Below are positions 19,608-30,660 of a DNA stretch of 64,000 nt, in pieces (position 1 is the first letter of the stretch; each line of letters begins with the position of its first letter). The notes beneath the pieces were generated by a model. It was not told where the DNA came from and did not search any database. It was given only the letters and a program-made list of their open reading frames with translations. The position numbers and the translations under genes were made by a program. This stretch comes from an uncultured bacterium (lineage in GTDB: Bacteria; Patescibacteriota; Patescibacteriia; Magasanikbacterales; GWA2-37-8). The stretch is taken from NCBI GenBank assembly GCA_937903605.1, contig CALCZC010000025.1, positions 131,275-195,274 of the forward strand. Direction: 5' to 3'.

Positions 19608-21074
19608 TTATTTTTCTTCTGGTTTTAAAGTCGGAAATAAAATTACTTCCTTGAGATTGTCGGTATTCATCAAAAGTTTTACCAATCGATCTATTCCCAT
19701 ACCCAAACCCGCTGTCGGTGGCATACCTTGTTTTAAAGCGGCGATAAAATCAGCGTCATATTGCATACCTTCATCATCCCCTGCTTTGCGTAATTTTTCT
19801 TGTTCTTTAAAGCGAGCTTCTTGGTCAAGCGGATCGTTAAGCTCGGAAAAAGCATTACAAAGCTCATTTCCGCCCACACATACCAATTGCATCCTTTCTA
19901 CATATGCAGGATTATCAGTTTTTCTTTTTGCCAAAGGCGATAATTCTACCGGATGATCAATCATAAAAACAGGATTGATAATATTCGGTCTGGCATAAGT
20001 TTTGTAAATCTCGTCAACCAGTTTTCCACGACCAGTATTTTTATCAACACCCTCTATTTTTAATTCTTTGGCTTTTTCAAAAAGAGATTTTTGATCAGGA
20101 TAATCCTCTATGTCTATTTTGGCGTATTGTTTGATGATTTCTCGCATAGTTATACGCGGATAAGGCGGGGTAAAATCAACTTCTTGATCTCCTACCGTCA
20201 TCTTTAAAGGTAAATTCATAGCTTTAATAAGACGGGGTAATAAATCTTCCATCAAGTTCATCAAATCTTGATAATTGGCATAAGCCCAATAAAATTCTAT
20301 TTGGGTGAATTCGGGGTTATGGTTATTATCTATCCCTTCGTTACGAAAACATTTGGCGACTTCATACACTTTTTCAAAACCACCGACAATCAAACGTTTA
20401 AGATAAAGTTCCGGGGCAATGCGTAAAAATAAGTCCGCTCCCAGTGCGTTATGATGAGTAACAAAAGGTTTAGCGTTAGCTCCACCATAAAGAGATTGTA
20501 AAATGGGAGTTTCTACTTCATAAAAACCCTTATCATTAAAATAATTTCTTAATTCTTTGACTAATAAGCTTCGGGCAACCGCAATTTTCATGGATTCTTC
20601 GTTTGAAAGTAAATCCAAATATCTTTGGCGATAACGAGTTTCAATATCGTTTAGACCGTGAAATTTTTCAGGCATCGGTAAAAGAGCTTTGGCTATAATT
20701 TTAAACTCTTTCACTAAAACTGAGATTTCTCCTTTGTGGGTAATAAAAATTTTTCCTTTTATTTCCAAAAAATCACCAATATCAAAATTTTTAGTAAAAA
20801 ATTTAAATTTATCTTTACCTAAATCTTTTTCCGAAATAGCCAGTTGTATTTTACCGCTAAAATCTTTCAGATGAGCAAAGCAAAGTTTTCCCATTTCTCG
20901 AGAAGATACCAAACGCCCGACCAAAACAACATTGGAATCAACCGATAATTCACGAGCCTGTGCGATAGTATGGGTTTTTTGACAAGAGCTAGGGTACGGA
21001 TTTATACCCTGTTGCTGTAACAACTCCAGACGGCCTAGTCGGACCGCTTCTTCGCTTAAATTTTTATCTGTCAT
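19608..21074 (-). CDS. lysS: Lysine-tRNA ligase (class II)
   Basis: RYRQRYLDL, LRIAPELYLKRL, FRNEG, GMPPTAGLGMGIDR. Confidence 0.97.
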   Translation of the reverse strand: MTDKNLSEEAVRLGRLELLQQQGINPYPSSCQKTHTIAQARELSVDSNVVLVGRLVSSREMGKLCFAHLKDFSGKIQLAISEKDLGKDKFKFFTKNFDIGDFLEIKGKIFITHKGEISVLVKEFKIIAKALLPMPEKFHGLNDIETRYRQRYLDLLSNEESMKIAVARSLLVKELRNYFNDKGFYEVETPILQSLYGGANAKPFVTHHNALGADLFLRIAPELYLKRLIVGGFEKVYEVAKCFRNEGIDNNHNPEFTQIEFYWAYANYQDLMNLMEDLLPRLIKAMNLPLKMTVGDQEVDFTPPYPRITMREIIKQYAKIDIEDYPDQKSLFEKAKELKIEGVDKNTGRGKLVDEIYKTYARPNIINPVFMIDHPVELSPLAKRKTDNPAYVERMQLVCVGGNELCNAFSELNDPLDQEARFKEQEKLRKAGDDEGMQYDADFIAALKQGMPPTAGLGMGIDRLVKLLMNTDNLKEVILFPTLKPEEK

Positions 21075-21131
21075 AAGTAAATTTTAAATATATTTGATAT
21101 TAAAATTATAGCTAAAATTGCCATAAAAGTA

Positions 21132-21160
21132 AAGAATCCCGCCTGTGGAGCGGGATTCTT
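21132..21160 (-). terminator. Terminator after greA
   Basis: AAGAATCCCGC...GCGGGATTCTT hairpin. Confidence 0.65.
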
Positions 21161-21171
21161 ACAAATTGATT

Positions 21172-21633
21172 TTAAATTACTCTTATAATTTCGTAATTTT
21201 GTATTCCGGCGGGAGTGCGAATTTCTACTTTATCCCCTGCTTTATGACCTAAAAAGGCATTTCCAAGCGGAGATTCATTGGATATTTTGCCGTTAATCGG
21301 ATCAGCCTCTTGCGCTCCGACAATTTGGTAAGTTTTCTCTATTTTATTTACTTCAACTACCACAGTATTGCCCAAACCAATTTTATCGCTTTTACTTTTT
21401 TCAATAATTTGTGCATTACCAATGATATTTTCTAATTCCAAAAGACGCCCTTGTGCCCAGGCCATTTCCTCTTTGGCTTGGTGATATTCGGCATTTTCAG
21501 ACAAATCACCTTGCTGTTTAGCTTCGTTGATTTTATTGGCCACAGCCGGGATTTGAACGTATTTTACGTCTTCATACTCTTTTTTTAGAGCTTCCAAGCT
21601 TTCTTTGCTTAAATAGTGGATTTTATCCGCCAT
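21172..21633 (-). CDS. greA: Transcription elongation factor GreA
   Basis: GDLSENAEY, ISNESPLG, TPAG. Confidence 0.94.
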   Translation of the reverse strand: MADKIHYLSKESLEALKKEYEDVKYVQIPAVANKINEAKQQGDLSENAEYHQAKEEMAWAQGRLLELENIIGNAQIIEKSKSDKIGLGNTVVVEVNKIEKTYQIVGAQEADPINGKISNESPLGNAFLGHKAGDKVEIRTPAGIQNYEIIRVI

Positions 21634-21724
21634 ATTTCGTTAAAATTCAATTTTAGTAAAAAATAAGATTCCGAAGAGAATCGGAATATTTATATGTATA
21701 TATTAACATTTATGAAAATAAGCG

Positions 21725-22438
21725 TCAAGAACTGAATTTAACAACTTTCTCCATTATTTTGACACTCGCTTCAATTCTCTTTTTCAACGGTTGTTTACCC
21801 GGTGTTTCAGTACACATACTGTATGGAGTGCCTTTGCGGAACAATTTATCTTCAAAAGAATCATCTTGAAGATTTGTAACTAATCCCCCACTTGCTTTAT
21901 CGCCATAAATTTTTTCCGCCAACTCAATAGTAAAATATTTTTTTGCAAGTTTTATAATATCGCGGTAAATAATCTCCGGCTGTTTTTCAAAATTATAAAT
22001 ATAAAAGGTTTTTTTATCCATGTCTTCATGTAAAGCGCAGAAGAAAAATATTTTTTCGTATTTTATTTCGTTATATAAAATTTTATTTTCTCCAGTCAAC
22101 GATTTTTTACAAAACAAAGCATTCAGATTCTTTTTTAGGTAATTTTCTCTTATATTTTTATCAAAACCCGTAGGATTGGCAACCGGAAAAATAATCAACT
22201 TGTTTTTTATTTTTTTAATATTGAGTTTTTCCAAAAATTTTAGCACTGCCCATGGTCCGGCGATTTCATACCCGTGAATTCCGGCGGAAAAACAAACTGT
22301 TTTTCCCTTATTATTGATAATAATTTTATAAATTGGATATTCTTTTTTAAATCCAACCCTGCCGATTTCCACCAAATCAAGATTTTTCTTTTTACAAACG
22401 GCATTCAATTTTTTTAAGTAATTTTTATAATAGGACAT
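21725..22438 (-). CDS. M14-family zinc carboxypeptidase / deacylase-like protein
   Basis: AGIHGYE, NPTG, LHED and ETP motifs. Confidence 0.75.
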   Translation of the reverse strand: MSYYKNYLKKLNAVCKKKNLDLVEIGRVGFKKEYPIYKIIINNKGKTVCFSAGIHGYEIAGPWAVLKFLEKLNIKKIKNKLIIFPVANPTGFDKNIRENYLKKNLNALFCKKSLTGENKILYNEIKYEKIFFFCALHEDMDKKTFYIYNFEKQPEIIYRDIIKLAKKYFTIELAEKIYGDKASGGLVTNLQDDSFEDKLFRKGTPYSMCTETPGKQPLKKRIEASVKIMEKVVKFSS

Positions 22439-22444
22439 AATTTT

Positions 22445-22495
22445 CCTGGATCCCCGCCTTTCTCAAAGGGAGGTCGTTGGCCCGCGGGGATGACA
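22445..22495. repeat. GTCAT/ATGAC-type REP with internal insertion
   Basis: CCTGGATCCCCGCCTT...CGCGGGGATGACA matches the reverse complement of the 53124-53152 unit. Confidence 0.7.
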
Positions 22496-22535
22496 GTATT
22501 ATATCATTTATAGTCAGTAGTCTGAAGTCTAAAAT

Positions 22536-24506
22536 CTATTTCAAGTATTTCTGTCCCCACCAACGTAAAAACTCGTTGGCTACCGGCATAGCGGCCGTAG
22601 AACCCTCTTTTCCTTCTTCTATGAGCACGGTAATGACGATTTTGGGGTTGTTGTAGGGCGCAAAACCGGTAAACCAGGCGTGTGGATCGGCTTTTTTACT
22701 CCACTGGGCCGTACCTGTTTTTCCGGCCGCTAAGAAAGGCAAGGAATTCAATAATTTACAACTGCCGGTTTTAACACATTCACGCATGCCTTCACGAACG
22801 ATATTAATATTTTTTTCAGAGACAAAATCGCTATTTAATGTTTGATTGGGAATTTCATAAGTAATTTTTTCTGTTGTGTCTATAATATATTTTCCCAAGT
22901 GCGGACGAACAACATCACCTCCGTTGGCAATTGCTGCAGTCCAAACCACTGCCTGTAACGGAGTAACTAACAAATCACCTTGACCAATAGATAAATTATA
23001 AGTATCTCCCACATACCAACGTTCTTTTTTTGTTTCTAGTTTCCATTCTTTGCTGGGTAAAAAACCGATATTTTCACCTGGTAAATCAATTTGCGTGCTT
23101 TTGCCCAAATTGAACTCTTGCATATATTGGATTATTTTGTCCGCTCCCAAACCAGAAAAATTACCATATCCCCCGCCGACATAATAAAAATAAGTATTAA
23201 CAGACCAAGCAATGGCGCGAATAACATTGGTAACACCGTGACCGCCTGGTTGCCAATCTTTAAAAAACCAATTTCCAACTTCCAAACCGCCGGAGCTTAA
23301 AAAGGCCGTAGTTCTGCTGACTATTTTTTCTTGCAAAGCTGCTGCCGCTACCACCATTTTGACAATAGAACCAGAAGGATAAATACCCCCTATTGCTCTA
23401 TTGAAAAGGGGTTTGTTTTTATCATAAAGATATTTTTTATAATTTGAGACGGATATTCCTCCGGAAAAATCATTATTATCAAATGAAGGTAAAGAGACCA
23501 TGGCCAAAATTTCACCGGTTTGCGGATTCATCGCAATAGCTACCCCCTTTTCACGTCTAATGTTTTTCAATTGATTTGCTAAAATCTTTTCAAGTTTAAC
23601 TTGAGCTTCTACATCCAGAGTTAAAATTAAATTTTTCCCCGGAATAGGCGGTTCTTCCGCTAAAACATTCTGTTCTTTACCCAAAGCATCAACTTCTACT
23701 TTTTTCTTTCCATAAACCCCTCGTAAAACTTCTTCGTATGTTTTTTCCAGACCGGCTTTACCTAAATTATCGGTTGTCAAATAACCTTTGGTTTTTAATG
23801 ATTTTAAATCATCTTCACTCAGTTTTCCGAGATATCCTAACAAATGTGACAAACTAAGAGTACTATCTTTTTCTTTGGGGTCCTGGTTTAAATAAAGACG
23901 TTTAGTACCTTTTTCTATCAAAATACCCGGTAAATTGGCATTTTCTATATACAATTTTAAAGCTGTTTCATAATCCAGGTTTTCTTTTATTACTAAGGAT
24001 TCATAACTATAAGAACCATATTTATCAAGAATATCTTGAAAATTTTCTTGTGGAACCCCGGTAGTTTCCGAAAGTTGTTTTATAATTTCCGCAGCCCTTG
24101 CTTTATCTTTGGGAAAATCTTGAGGTACGATAGAAAGCATAAAACTCGGAACATTTTGTACTAATTGTGTATGAAAACGGTCGTAAATAATTCCTCGCTC
24201 GGCGGCTATCGGTCGCAAACGTGCCCGATTATTTTCAGCCAAAGCGCGGTATTCTTCTCCTTTGATAGTCTGTAAATATAGAACTCGTCCGGACAAAACC
24301 AATACTCCCAAGATAATACCAATAAAAAAATAAAATATTTTTTTATTATTTAAAGAAGGTCCTAAGTGATCTTTGGTAGCAGAAAAAACTTTTTGTTTAC
24401 CTACCTGTTGTTCAAAACCAAAAGATTCTTCCACCCAAGTTTGACGATATTTACCACTGAGGTCGCCTCGACTTTCATTAAAAAATTCAAAAAAATTATT
24501 TTTCAT
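22536..24506 (-). CDS. mrdA: Penicillin-binding protein 2
   Basis: ERGIIYDR dimerisation domain, SIVK, SVN, KTGT; in the mreBCD operon; start at MKNNFF. Confidence 0.93.
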   Translation of the reverse strand: MKNNFFEFFNESRGDLSGKYRQTWVEESFGFEQQVGKQKVFSATKDHLGPSLNNKKIFYFFIGIILGVLVLSGRVLYLQTIKGEEYRALAENNRARLRPIAAERGIIYDRFHTQLVQNVPSFMLSIVPQDFPKDKARAAEIIKQLSETTGVPQENFQDILDKYGSYSYESLVIKENLDYETALKLYIENANLPGILIEKGTKRLYLNQDPKEKDSTLSLSHLLGYLGKLSEDDLKSLKTKGYLTTDNLGKAGLEKTYEEVLRGVYGKKKVEVDALGKEQNVLAEEPPIPGKNLILTLDVEAQVKLEKILANQLKNIRREKGVAIAMNPQTGEILAMVSLPSFDNNDFSGGISVSNYKKYLYDKNKPLFNRAIGGIYPSGSIVKMVVAAAALQEKIVSRTTAFLSSGGLEVGNWFFKDWQPGGHGVTNVIRAIAWSVNTYFYYVGGGYGNFSGLGADKIIQYMQEFNLGKSTQIDLPGENIGFLPSKEWKLETKKERWYVGDTYNLSIGQGDLLVTPLQAVVWTAAIANGGDVVRPHLGKYIIDTTEKITYEIPNQTLNSDFVSEKNINIVREGMRECVKTGSCKLLNSLPFLAAGKTGTAQWSKKADPHAWFTGFAPYNNPKIVITVLIEEGKEGSTAAMPVANEFLRWWGQKYLK

Positions 24507-25036
24507 AAACGATCGAGATATTTGGGGTTTAGTTTCTTTATCCAATAAGAAAGTATGAGATAACTAAACATAATCACAAAAGCGGTTAAAGCCATTTCAT
24601 AAGCATAATCGGCAAATGTGCGAGAAGTATATAAAAAAGTTTTTTTGAAAAAAAAGTTAGATAATGAGTTTAGTCCTAAAAAATAAACCCGATAAATAAA
24701 GATACTGATTGCAGAAGTTAAGGTTATAATATAAAAACTACGATTGGTTAGAAAATAAGTCAGTAACCAAGATGTTGTCAATAAACAAAAATACAATGAT
24801 ATCATTGTTACACCGAAAGAAGAGGCTACAAAAAGTTCTAAAAAAAGACCTAAAATAAGTGAATACCAAAGCGCTTGTTCGGTTTTATTCATCAAAAGAG
24901 TGAGGAACAGAAAAACAAAAACTAAGTTTATGTGTTCAAAAGGATATGGTAAAACATTATTTACCCAAATATGCGCAATAAATATTATTGCCAATAAAAA
25001 AATTTTGCCAAAAATTTGTAAAAATATTTTTAACAT
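24503..25036 (-). CDS. mreD: Rod shape protein MreD-like
   Basis: Hydrophobic multi-TM protein between mreC and mrdA. Confidence 0.7.
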   Translation of the reverse strand: MLKIFLQIFGKIFLLAIIFIAHIWVNNVLPYPFEHINLVFVFLFLTLLMNKTEQALWYSLILGLFLELFVASSFGVTMISLYFCLLTTSWLLTYFLTNRSFYIITLTSAISIFIYRVYFLGLNSLSNFFFKKTFLYTSRTFADYAYEMALTAFVIMFSYLILSYWIKKLNPKYLDRL

Positions 25037-25037
25037 T

Positions 25038-25841
25038 TTATTGGGTTAAAATAATTCCGATATAAACAAAACGACTATAATCGACACTGGGAGTCAAAAT
25101 AGCTTGTTGAAAGGGTTGATAAGCTTCATTTTCAACAGCAGCCACTTTACCGATAAGCAATCCACGCGGAGTATCCTTTTCTAAGCCGGAAGTTACAACC
25201 AAATCCCCTATTTGGACGGTTTCGTTACGGGGAATAAAATTCATTCTAACTGATAATCCATAACCACCTTCCACTACACCTAAACTTTTTTCCCGATTAA
25301 TTATAGTAGCTGCCACTTTACTTTGATTGTCTGAAAGTAAACGAATAATAGAAATATCTTTATCTGTCTTTACAACTTTACCCACCAGAACGCCATCTTC
25401 CACGATAGCGGAGTTTCCGGCCTTAATACCTTCATTTTCTCCACGATCAATAATAATCGTTTTTTCTGTGCCTTCCAGATTATTGCCAATAACTTTAGTA
25501 ATTAAAATGTTTTGTTTGGTTTTTTCTTTAAAATTTAACTGTTTTTTTAATTCCGCATTTTCTTCTTCTAATAATTTTAATTTTGCCTCGTTTTCATCTT
25601 TTTTTTGCAAAGACAGTTGAGCAGAGCGATAAGCATTAAAAAACTGTTCTTTGTTTTGAAAAAATTCATAATCATCTTTTATTTTAATACTAAAATCTCC
25701 ACTTTGACGAATAAACGGAACAAAAATTTGACGGAGTGTTTTTTTACCAAAATTGAGACCGCCTAAATAATTAAAAAAAACGAGGAATATGATTATTCCC
25801 CCGACCAGCATCGTTGTTTTTTGCAAATTACTTTTTCGCAT
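25038..25841 (-). CDS. mreC: Rod shape protein MreC
   Basis: TM, coiled coil ENAELKKQL, IDRG, LVGKV, VTSGL. Confidence 0.93.
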   Translation of the reverse strand: MRKSNLQKTTMLVGGIIIFLVFFNYLGGLNFGKKTLRQIFVPFIRQSGDFSIKIKDDYEFFQNKEQFFNAYRSAQLSLQKKDENEAKLKLLEEENAELKKQLNFKEKTKQNILITKVIGNNLEGTEKTIIIDRGENEGIKAGNSAIVEDGVLVGKVVKTDKDISIIRLLSDNQSKVAATIINREKSLGVVEGGYGLSVRMNFIPRNETVQIGDLVVTSGLEKDTPRGLLIGKVAAVENEAYQPFQQAILTPSVDYSRFVYIGIILTQ

Positions 25842-25843
25842 AA

Positions 25844-26893
25844 CTAATTTAAATTATCTTGAGTTGGAAAAACAGCCACTGTTTGCAACAATTCTTCATC
25901 ATCCAACAGCATTCCACAGCCTCTTACCACGGCAGTAAGTGGATCATCGGCAACTCGAACCGGTAATTCAGTAGCGCGAGAAATAAGCTGGTCAACACCA
26001 CGTAGTAAAGCTCCACCCCCGGTCAACAATATTCCACGTTCATGAATATCGGCTATCAATTCTGGCGGAGTAACCTCCACCGTAGCTTTTATATCATCAA
26101 TAATGGCTTTTAGAGATCTACTCAAAGCTTCACGGACTTGTTTATCATTAATGATAACTTCTTTTGGTAAGCCGGTAACCATATCTCGTCCACGCATCGG
26201 ATATTCCATACGTTCGGCTAATTCTACTGCCGAACCTATTTTTATTTTTATTTCTTCCGCCTGTCTTTCACCAACCAACAAATTAAAGTTGTCGCGAGCA
26301 TACTGTACAATGTTTTGATTAAATTCATCACCAGCAATTTTGATAGACTTACTTTTGACAATTCCGGAAAGAGAAATAACTGCTATCTCCGTAGTTCCCC
26401 CGCCAATATCAATAATAAAATTACCTACAGGGTCTTTTACCGGCATTCTAGAACCGATAGCGGAAAGCATTGGCTCTTCAACAATAAAAACTTCCGAGGC
26501 TCCGGCGTTAAAAGCCGCATCACTTACCGCTTTGCGTTCCACCTCAGTTAAATCAAGTGGTGCCCCGATAACAACACGCGGTCGAGAAACAAAACCAACA
26601 CTACCGGCGTTTATTTTTTCAATATAATAAGTAATCATCTTTTCTGTAACTTCAAAATCAGAAATAATCCCATTAGTCAATGGTTTAGTAGTCGAAATAT
26701 GCGGTGGAGTTTTGCCGATCATGTCTTTAGCCTCGTTGCCGACAGCCAAAATCTGTTCTGTTTTGGTGTTAACCGCCACCACAGACGGCTCATTTACCAC
26801 AATTCCCCGTCCTTTGAGATAAATCAAAGTGTTAGCAGTGCCCAAATCTATGCCGAGTTCTTTACGAAATTTATTAAAAAATTTATTAAACAT
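25844..26893 (-). CDS. mreB: Actin-like MreB
   Basis: GIDLGTANT, EPSVVA, DIGGGTTE, LTGGGALL. Confidence 0.97.
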   Translation of the reverse strand: MFNKFFNKFRKELGIDLGTANTLIYLKGRGIVVNEPSVVAVNTKTEQILAVGNEAKDMIGKTPPHISTTKPLTNGIISDFEVTEKMITYYIEKINAGSVGFVSRPRVVIGAPLDLTEVERKAVSDAAFNAGASEVFIVEEPMLSAIGSRMPVKDPVGNFIIDIGGGTTEIAVISLSGIVKSKSIKIAGDEFNQNIVQYARDNFNLLVGERQAEEIKIKIGSAVELAERMEYPMRGRDMVTGLPKEVIINDKQVREALSRSLKAIIDDIKATVEVTPPELIADIHERGILLTGGGALLRGVDQLISRATELPVRVADDPLTAVVRGCGMLLDDEELLQTVAVFPTQDNLN

Positions 26894-26903
26894 AAAATAC
26901 TTT

Positions 26904-27284
26904 TCAAGTTTCTTTACGTGTAAAGATTATCCCCTCAAAAATTAAATAAAAGAAAAGAATTAATAAAAAAGTTAACCAATTCAGCAAATCTTCTCGGGCT
27001 AAAAATAAAATTCCGATTATCAAACAAGAAAAAACCAATGCTTGACGAAAAACCTTCTTTATTTGTCGAAAAATTATTTCGTCCTCTTTGTATTTTATTT
27101 TTTTAACCAAAATTACCACAAAAGAAAATCCGCCCAAAATCCCGAGAAACAAACTTAAATAGAAAAAAGTCAAAGGTAAAGTAGCGTTTATATTCGGATC
27201 AAAATTTAATACCACCAAAATACAAATAGTAAAGCAGAGTATCGAACCTAAACCGATAGAAAATAAATATTCTTTCAAGTTCAT
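26904..27284 (-). CDS. 4-TM hypothetical membrane protein
   Basis: Clean ORF co-oriented with the operon; four hydrophobic segments. Confidence 0.7.
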   Translation of the reverse strand: MNLKEYLFSIGLGSILCFTICILVVLNFDPNINATLPLTFFYLSLFLGILGGFSFVVILVKKIKYKEDEIIFRQIKKVFRQALVFSCLIIGILFLAREDLLNWLTFLLILFFYLIFEGIIFTRKET

Positions 27285-27324
27285 AATAAGTTGATTTTAA
27301 CAGAAAAAAAGCACTTTTGGCAAG

Positions 27325-27615
27325 CTACAAAATGGTCTTTATACTAATAATTTTGACAGAGGTATTTTTTTCTCTTATTTTAGCCAAAATATTGTTTTCG
27401 TTGAGTCTTATTTCAGAAGCAACCACCGGACTCTTACACCAAACGTATAAAATACTATTTTTAATATAACGTGCTTGTAAAAAATCGGTAGCTACCTCTC
27501 CAAAAATTTCCAATAATACTCTATTGGCTTCTTCTACGGTTAAACTGGCTCCGGCACTACGTAAAACCGGAATTTCTTCCATCTTGTTTTTAAGAATTGA
27601 AAACAATGATTTCAT
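27325..27615 (-). CDS. DUF721/DciA-like protein
   Basis: LYVWCKSPVVASEIRLNENNILAKI pattern; start at MKSLFS. Confidence 0.65.
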   Translation of the reverse strand: MKSLFSILKNKMEEIPVLRSAGASLTVEEANRVLLEIFGEVATDFLQARYIKNSILYVWCKSPVVASEIRLNENNILAKIREKNTSVKIISIKTIL

Positions 27616-27616
27616 A

Positions 27617-30553
27617 TTATTCTCTAAATTCACAAATATCTTTAAAGTCACAGTATTGGCAAACAAATTTTCCTGGTGTGGCTTCAAAATTACGCTCATT
27701 AATATTTTCTATGGTAGTGATGATTTTTTCTTGAATTTTTTCCAAATCCTTAGCTGTACCGATAAAAGTCAATTCACTTTGATCTGAAAGATAAAGATAT
27801 GTCAAAGCTGAAATCTCACCGATTTCTTTAAATTCGGGTAAAGCAGTAAAGACCAATTGATAAATTAATAATTGGTTTTTGTCATCGGTTTCCAGTTTTT
27901 CCTTGGGTTCTCCGGTTTTATAATCAATAATCTTGATTTTTCCTTCCGGAGTTTTATCTATTCTATCTATTCTACCAGATAACAGATAAGGACCGACTTT
28001 GTATTTGAAACTTTGTTCCAATACCAAAGGAACTGTCCAATTTTTTTCATTATGTCGATAATAATCACGCAAAATCTCTTTACCACGTAAATAATAATCT
28101 TCTTTTTGTTTGGCGCTTTTATACCAATCATCAATAAAATTTTCATCATAAATTTGCAACAATTCTTCTAAGCTCGGAACTTTTAAACCGCCTGTTGAAA
28201 TAGTATTTTTTTCCGGTAATCCGAACAAACTCTCTTGCTTGACGGAATTCAGTTCTTTGAGACGTAAATAAAATTTTTGCAAAACCGCATGCATGGTTTG
28301 ACCGAAAGAAAATTGTGGTCCGCCTTTGGTTTGCAATTGTAAAATATTTTTCAATTTATATTGATACGGACAACTCTGATAGGAACTGATTTGCGAATAA
28401 GAAAAACTTTTGGGTAAATCATAAACAAACTCTCCTTTTTCTTCTGCGGGTTTATCGGGTAATGAAATTAATGAACTTTTGGTTTCTTTTTTCTCATAAT
28501 TATTTGCCACATACCCCAGTTCATTTAAAAATCTGCTGATTTTTTTATCTCGCGCTCCGCCATAATCGTCACTTGAAAGCAGATAAAGCCTTTCTTTGGC
28601 ACGAGTGGCAGCTACGTAAAACAAACGTCTTTCTTCCTGAAGATGGTAATCACCTTCGGGCATTTGTTCGTGTAACAAAGGTATCGGCATTTCAATAGCT
28701 TCACCTCTCCTACGTGCTGGGAATCTATCCTCTACCAGATTAACTATAAAAACATATTTAAATTCCAACCCCTTACTCATGTGGGCGGTCATGATATTGA
28801 CGGAATCCGGAGTATCTACCGGTTGTTTGAGCACACCAAGATCACCGGCATCGAGTACATCGCTAAAATGTGCGATGAAATCCGCCACTTTGGCGCCAGG
28901 CACTATTTTTTCAAAATTTTCAATATAATCAAAATATTGTTTGAGTTGATAAATGCGACGAATAATTTCTCTGTCACCTTGCAATTCTCCTTGAGTTAAA
29001 TATTTCAGATAACCGCTGGTTTCCAAAAAATTATAAAGTACCCTGGTAGGCTTTTCACTTTTTTGCTGTTTCATCCCTTCGTGTAAGAATTCCAAAATTT
29101 GATTGAATGTTTTTTCACCTTCTTTACTTACTTGATATTCTTTTCCCAATTTGAGCGCTTCGTAATAAGATCTGGTTTTACGTTTAGCAAAAAATAACAT
29201 TTTTTGTAAATCGTTTTCACTCAAATTAAAAAACGGTAAACGCAATAATCTATAAATAGCGGTATTTTCATGATAGCCGTCAATAGCTTTGAAAAAATTA
29301 TAACAATCTAGCACTATTTCTTGTCGAAACAAGCCGCTACTGCTAAGAAATTCAAAAGGTACGCCGACATTTTGCAGTCGATTCAAAAACGGCTCAGCGT
29401 GATTATTGGCGCGAACCAAAATGGCAAAATCATCCCAAGTCGCTTCTTTGTCTTCTTTTTTCAATCGTACAATTTCATCAACTGCAAACTTAACTTCATC
29501 GTCAATTGTCGCTTGGTGGACATGGAGAACATCACCTTTTTTTATTTCTCCTTTAGCTACCAATCTTTTGTCAATATTTAATTTGGTTTCTAATCTATCA
29601 GGGTTATTGTAAATGATACTTTGATAAGCTGTATCCAAGATTTTTTGTCCGGAACGATAATTTTCCGTCAACACTACTTCTTTACTTTCCGGGTAATCTT
29701 GTTTGAAACGTAAAATATTGGAAACATTTGCCCCGCGAAAAGCGTAGATACTTTGATCATCATCCCCGACCACCGTCAATTGTGCCCCCCCACTACAAAG
29801 CAGTTTTACCAATTCATATTGAGCGTAATTCACATCTTGAAATTCGTCCACCAAAATATATTTAAATCTTTGGTGAAATTGTTGCAAAATATTCTTTCTT
29901 TTTTTAAAAAGCTCAACCGCATAATAAAGCAGATCACCAAAATCCAGAGCATTGCTGTCAAGCAAAAGCTGGTTGTATGTATGATAAGCGTCGGAAAGTT
30001 CGGTCAAACGAGTTTTTTCTTCTACCTGTATATTATCTTTATCTAAACGCAGATTTTCCGCGTATTCCAGATATTCTCGCGGAGAAATAAGTTCGTCTTT
30101 GCATTTACTGAAATGTTTTATCAATTCATGTAAATGTCGAACCGGATTGCCCAGTGGTCGATAATAATCCAGATTAAATTTGTCCAGATTTTTTTTCATG
30201 AGCAACCAGGCATCGGTTTCGGTCAAAATTTTAAATTGATTGGAAAGGCCGATATCCAAACCGAAATTTTCCAATACTCTTTGCGCAAAAGCGTGAAAAG
30301 TGGAAATTTGCATATCCGCATAACCGATAGACAGTTTTTCATCCAGTCTCTCTTGCATTTCTCCGGCCGCTTTTTCATTGAAAGTCAGAGCCAAGATATT
30401 CTCCGGTTTAGCCAAATTATTTTCCAAAAGATAACGTATTTTTTCCGTAACCACTGTAGTTTTACCCGTTCCCGCTCCGGCTACAATCATCAGAGGTCCG
30501 TCTACATATTCTATCGCGGTTTTTTGCGCTTTATTTAAAGTATTTTTTGTCAT
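27617..30553 (-). CDS. UvrD/PcrA-family helicase with C-terminal PD-(D/E)XK nuclease (AdnB-like)
   Basis: AGAGTGKT, VDEFQD, GDDDQSIY, KGLEF, YVAATRA; GRIDRID..IIDYKTG; Cys cluster CQYCDFKDIC. Confidence 0.92.
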   Translation of the reverse strand: MTKNTLNKAQKTAIEYVDGPLMIVAGAGTGKTTVVTEKIRYLLENNLAKPENILALTFNEKAAGEMQERLDEKLSIGYADMQISTFHAFAQRVLENFGLDIGLSNQFKILTETDAWLLMKKNLDKFNLDYYRPLGNPVRHLHELIKHFSKCKDELISPREYLEYAENLRLDKDNIQVEEKTRLTELSDAYHTYNQLLLDSNALDFGDLLYYAVELFKKRKNILQQFHQRFKYILVDEFQDVNYAQYELVKLLCSGGAQLTVVGDDDQSIYAFRGANVSNILRFKQDYPESKEVVLTENYRSGQKILDTAYQSIIYNNPDRLETKLNIDKRLVAKGEIKKGDVLHVHQATIDDEVKFAVDEIVRLKKEDKEATWDDFAILVRANNHAEPFLNRLQNVGVPFEFLSSSGLFRQEIVLDCYNFFKAIDGYHENTAIYRLLRLPFFNLSENDLQKMLFFAKRKTRSYYEALKLGKEYQVSKEGEKTFNQILEFLHEGMKQQKSEKPTRVLYNFLETSGYLKYLTQGELQGDREIIRRIYQLKQYFDYIENFEKIVPGAKVADFIAHFSDVLDAGDLGVLKQPVDTPDSVNIMTAHMSKGLEFKYVFIVNLVEDRFPARRRGEAIEMPIPLLHEQMPEGDYHLQEERRLFYVAATRAKERLYLLSSDDYGGARDKKISRFLNELGYVANNYEKKETKSSLISLPDKPAEEKGEFVYDLPKSFSYSQISSYQSCPYQYKLKNILQLQTKGGPQFSFGQTMHAVLQKFYLRLKELNSVKQESLFGLPEKNTISTGGLKVPSLEELLQIYDENFIDDWYKSAKQKEDYYLRGKEILRDYYRHNEKNWTVPLVLEQSFKYKVGPYLLSGRIDRIDKTPEGKIKIIDYKTGEPKEKLETDDKNQLLIYQLVFTALPEFKEIGEISALTYLYLSDQSELTFIGTAKDLEKIQEKIITTIENINERNFEATPGKFVCQYCDFKDICEFRE

Positions 30554-30660
30554 AAATTATAAATTTTATTGTCTTTATCATAGCGTAAAAAACCAAAAAA
30601 GACAACTGTTTAAAATAATATATAAAAATAAAAATCCCCGGGATTGTCCCGGGGTTAAAT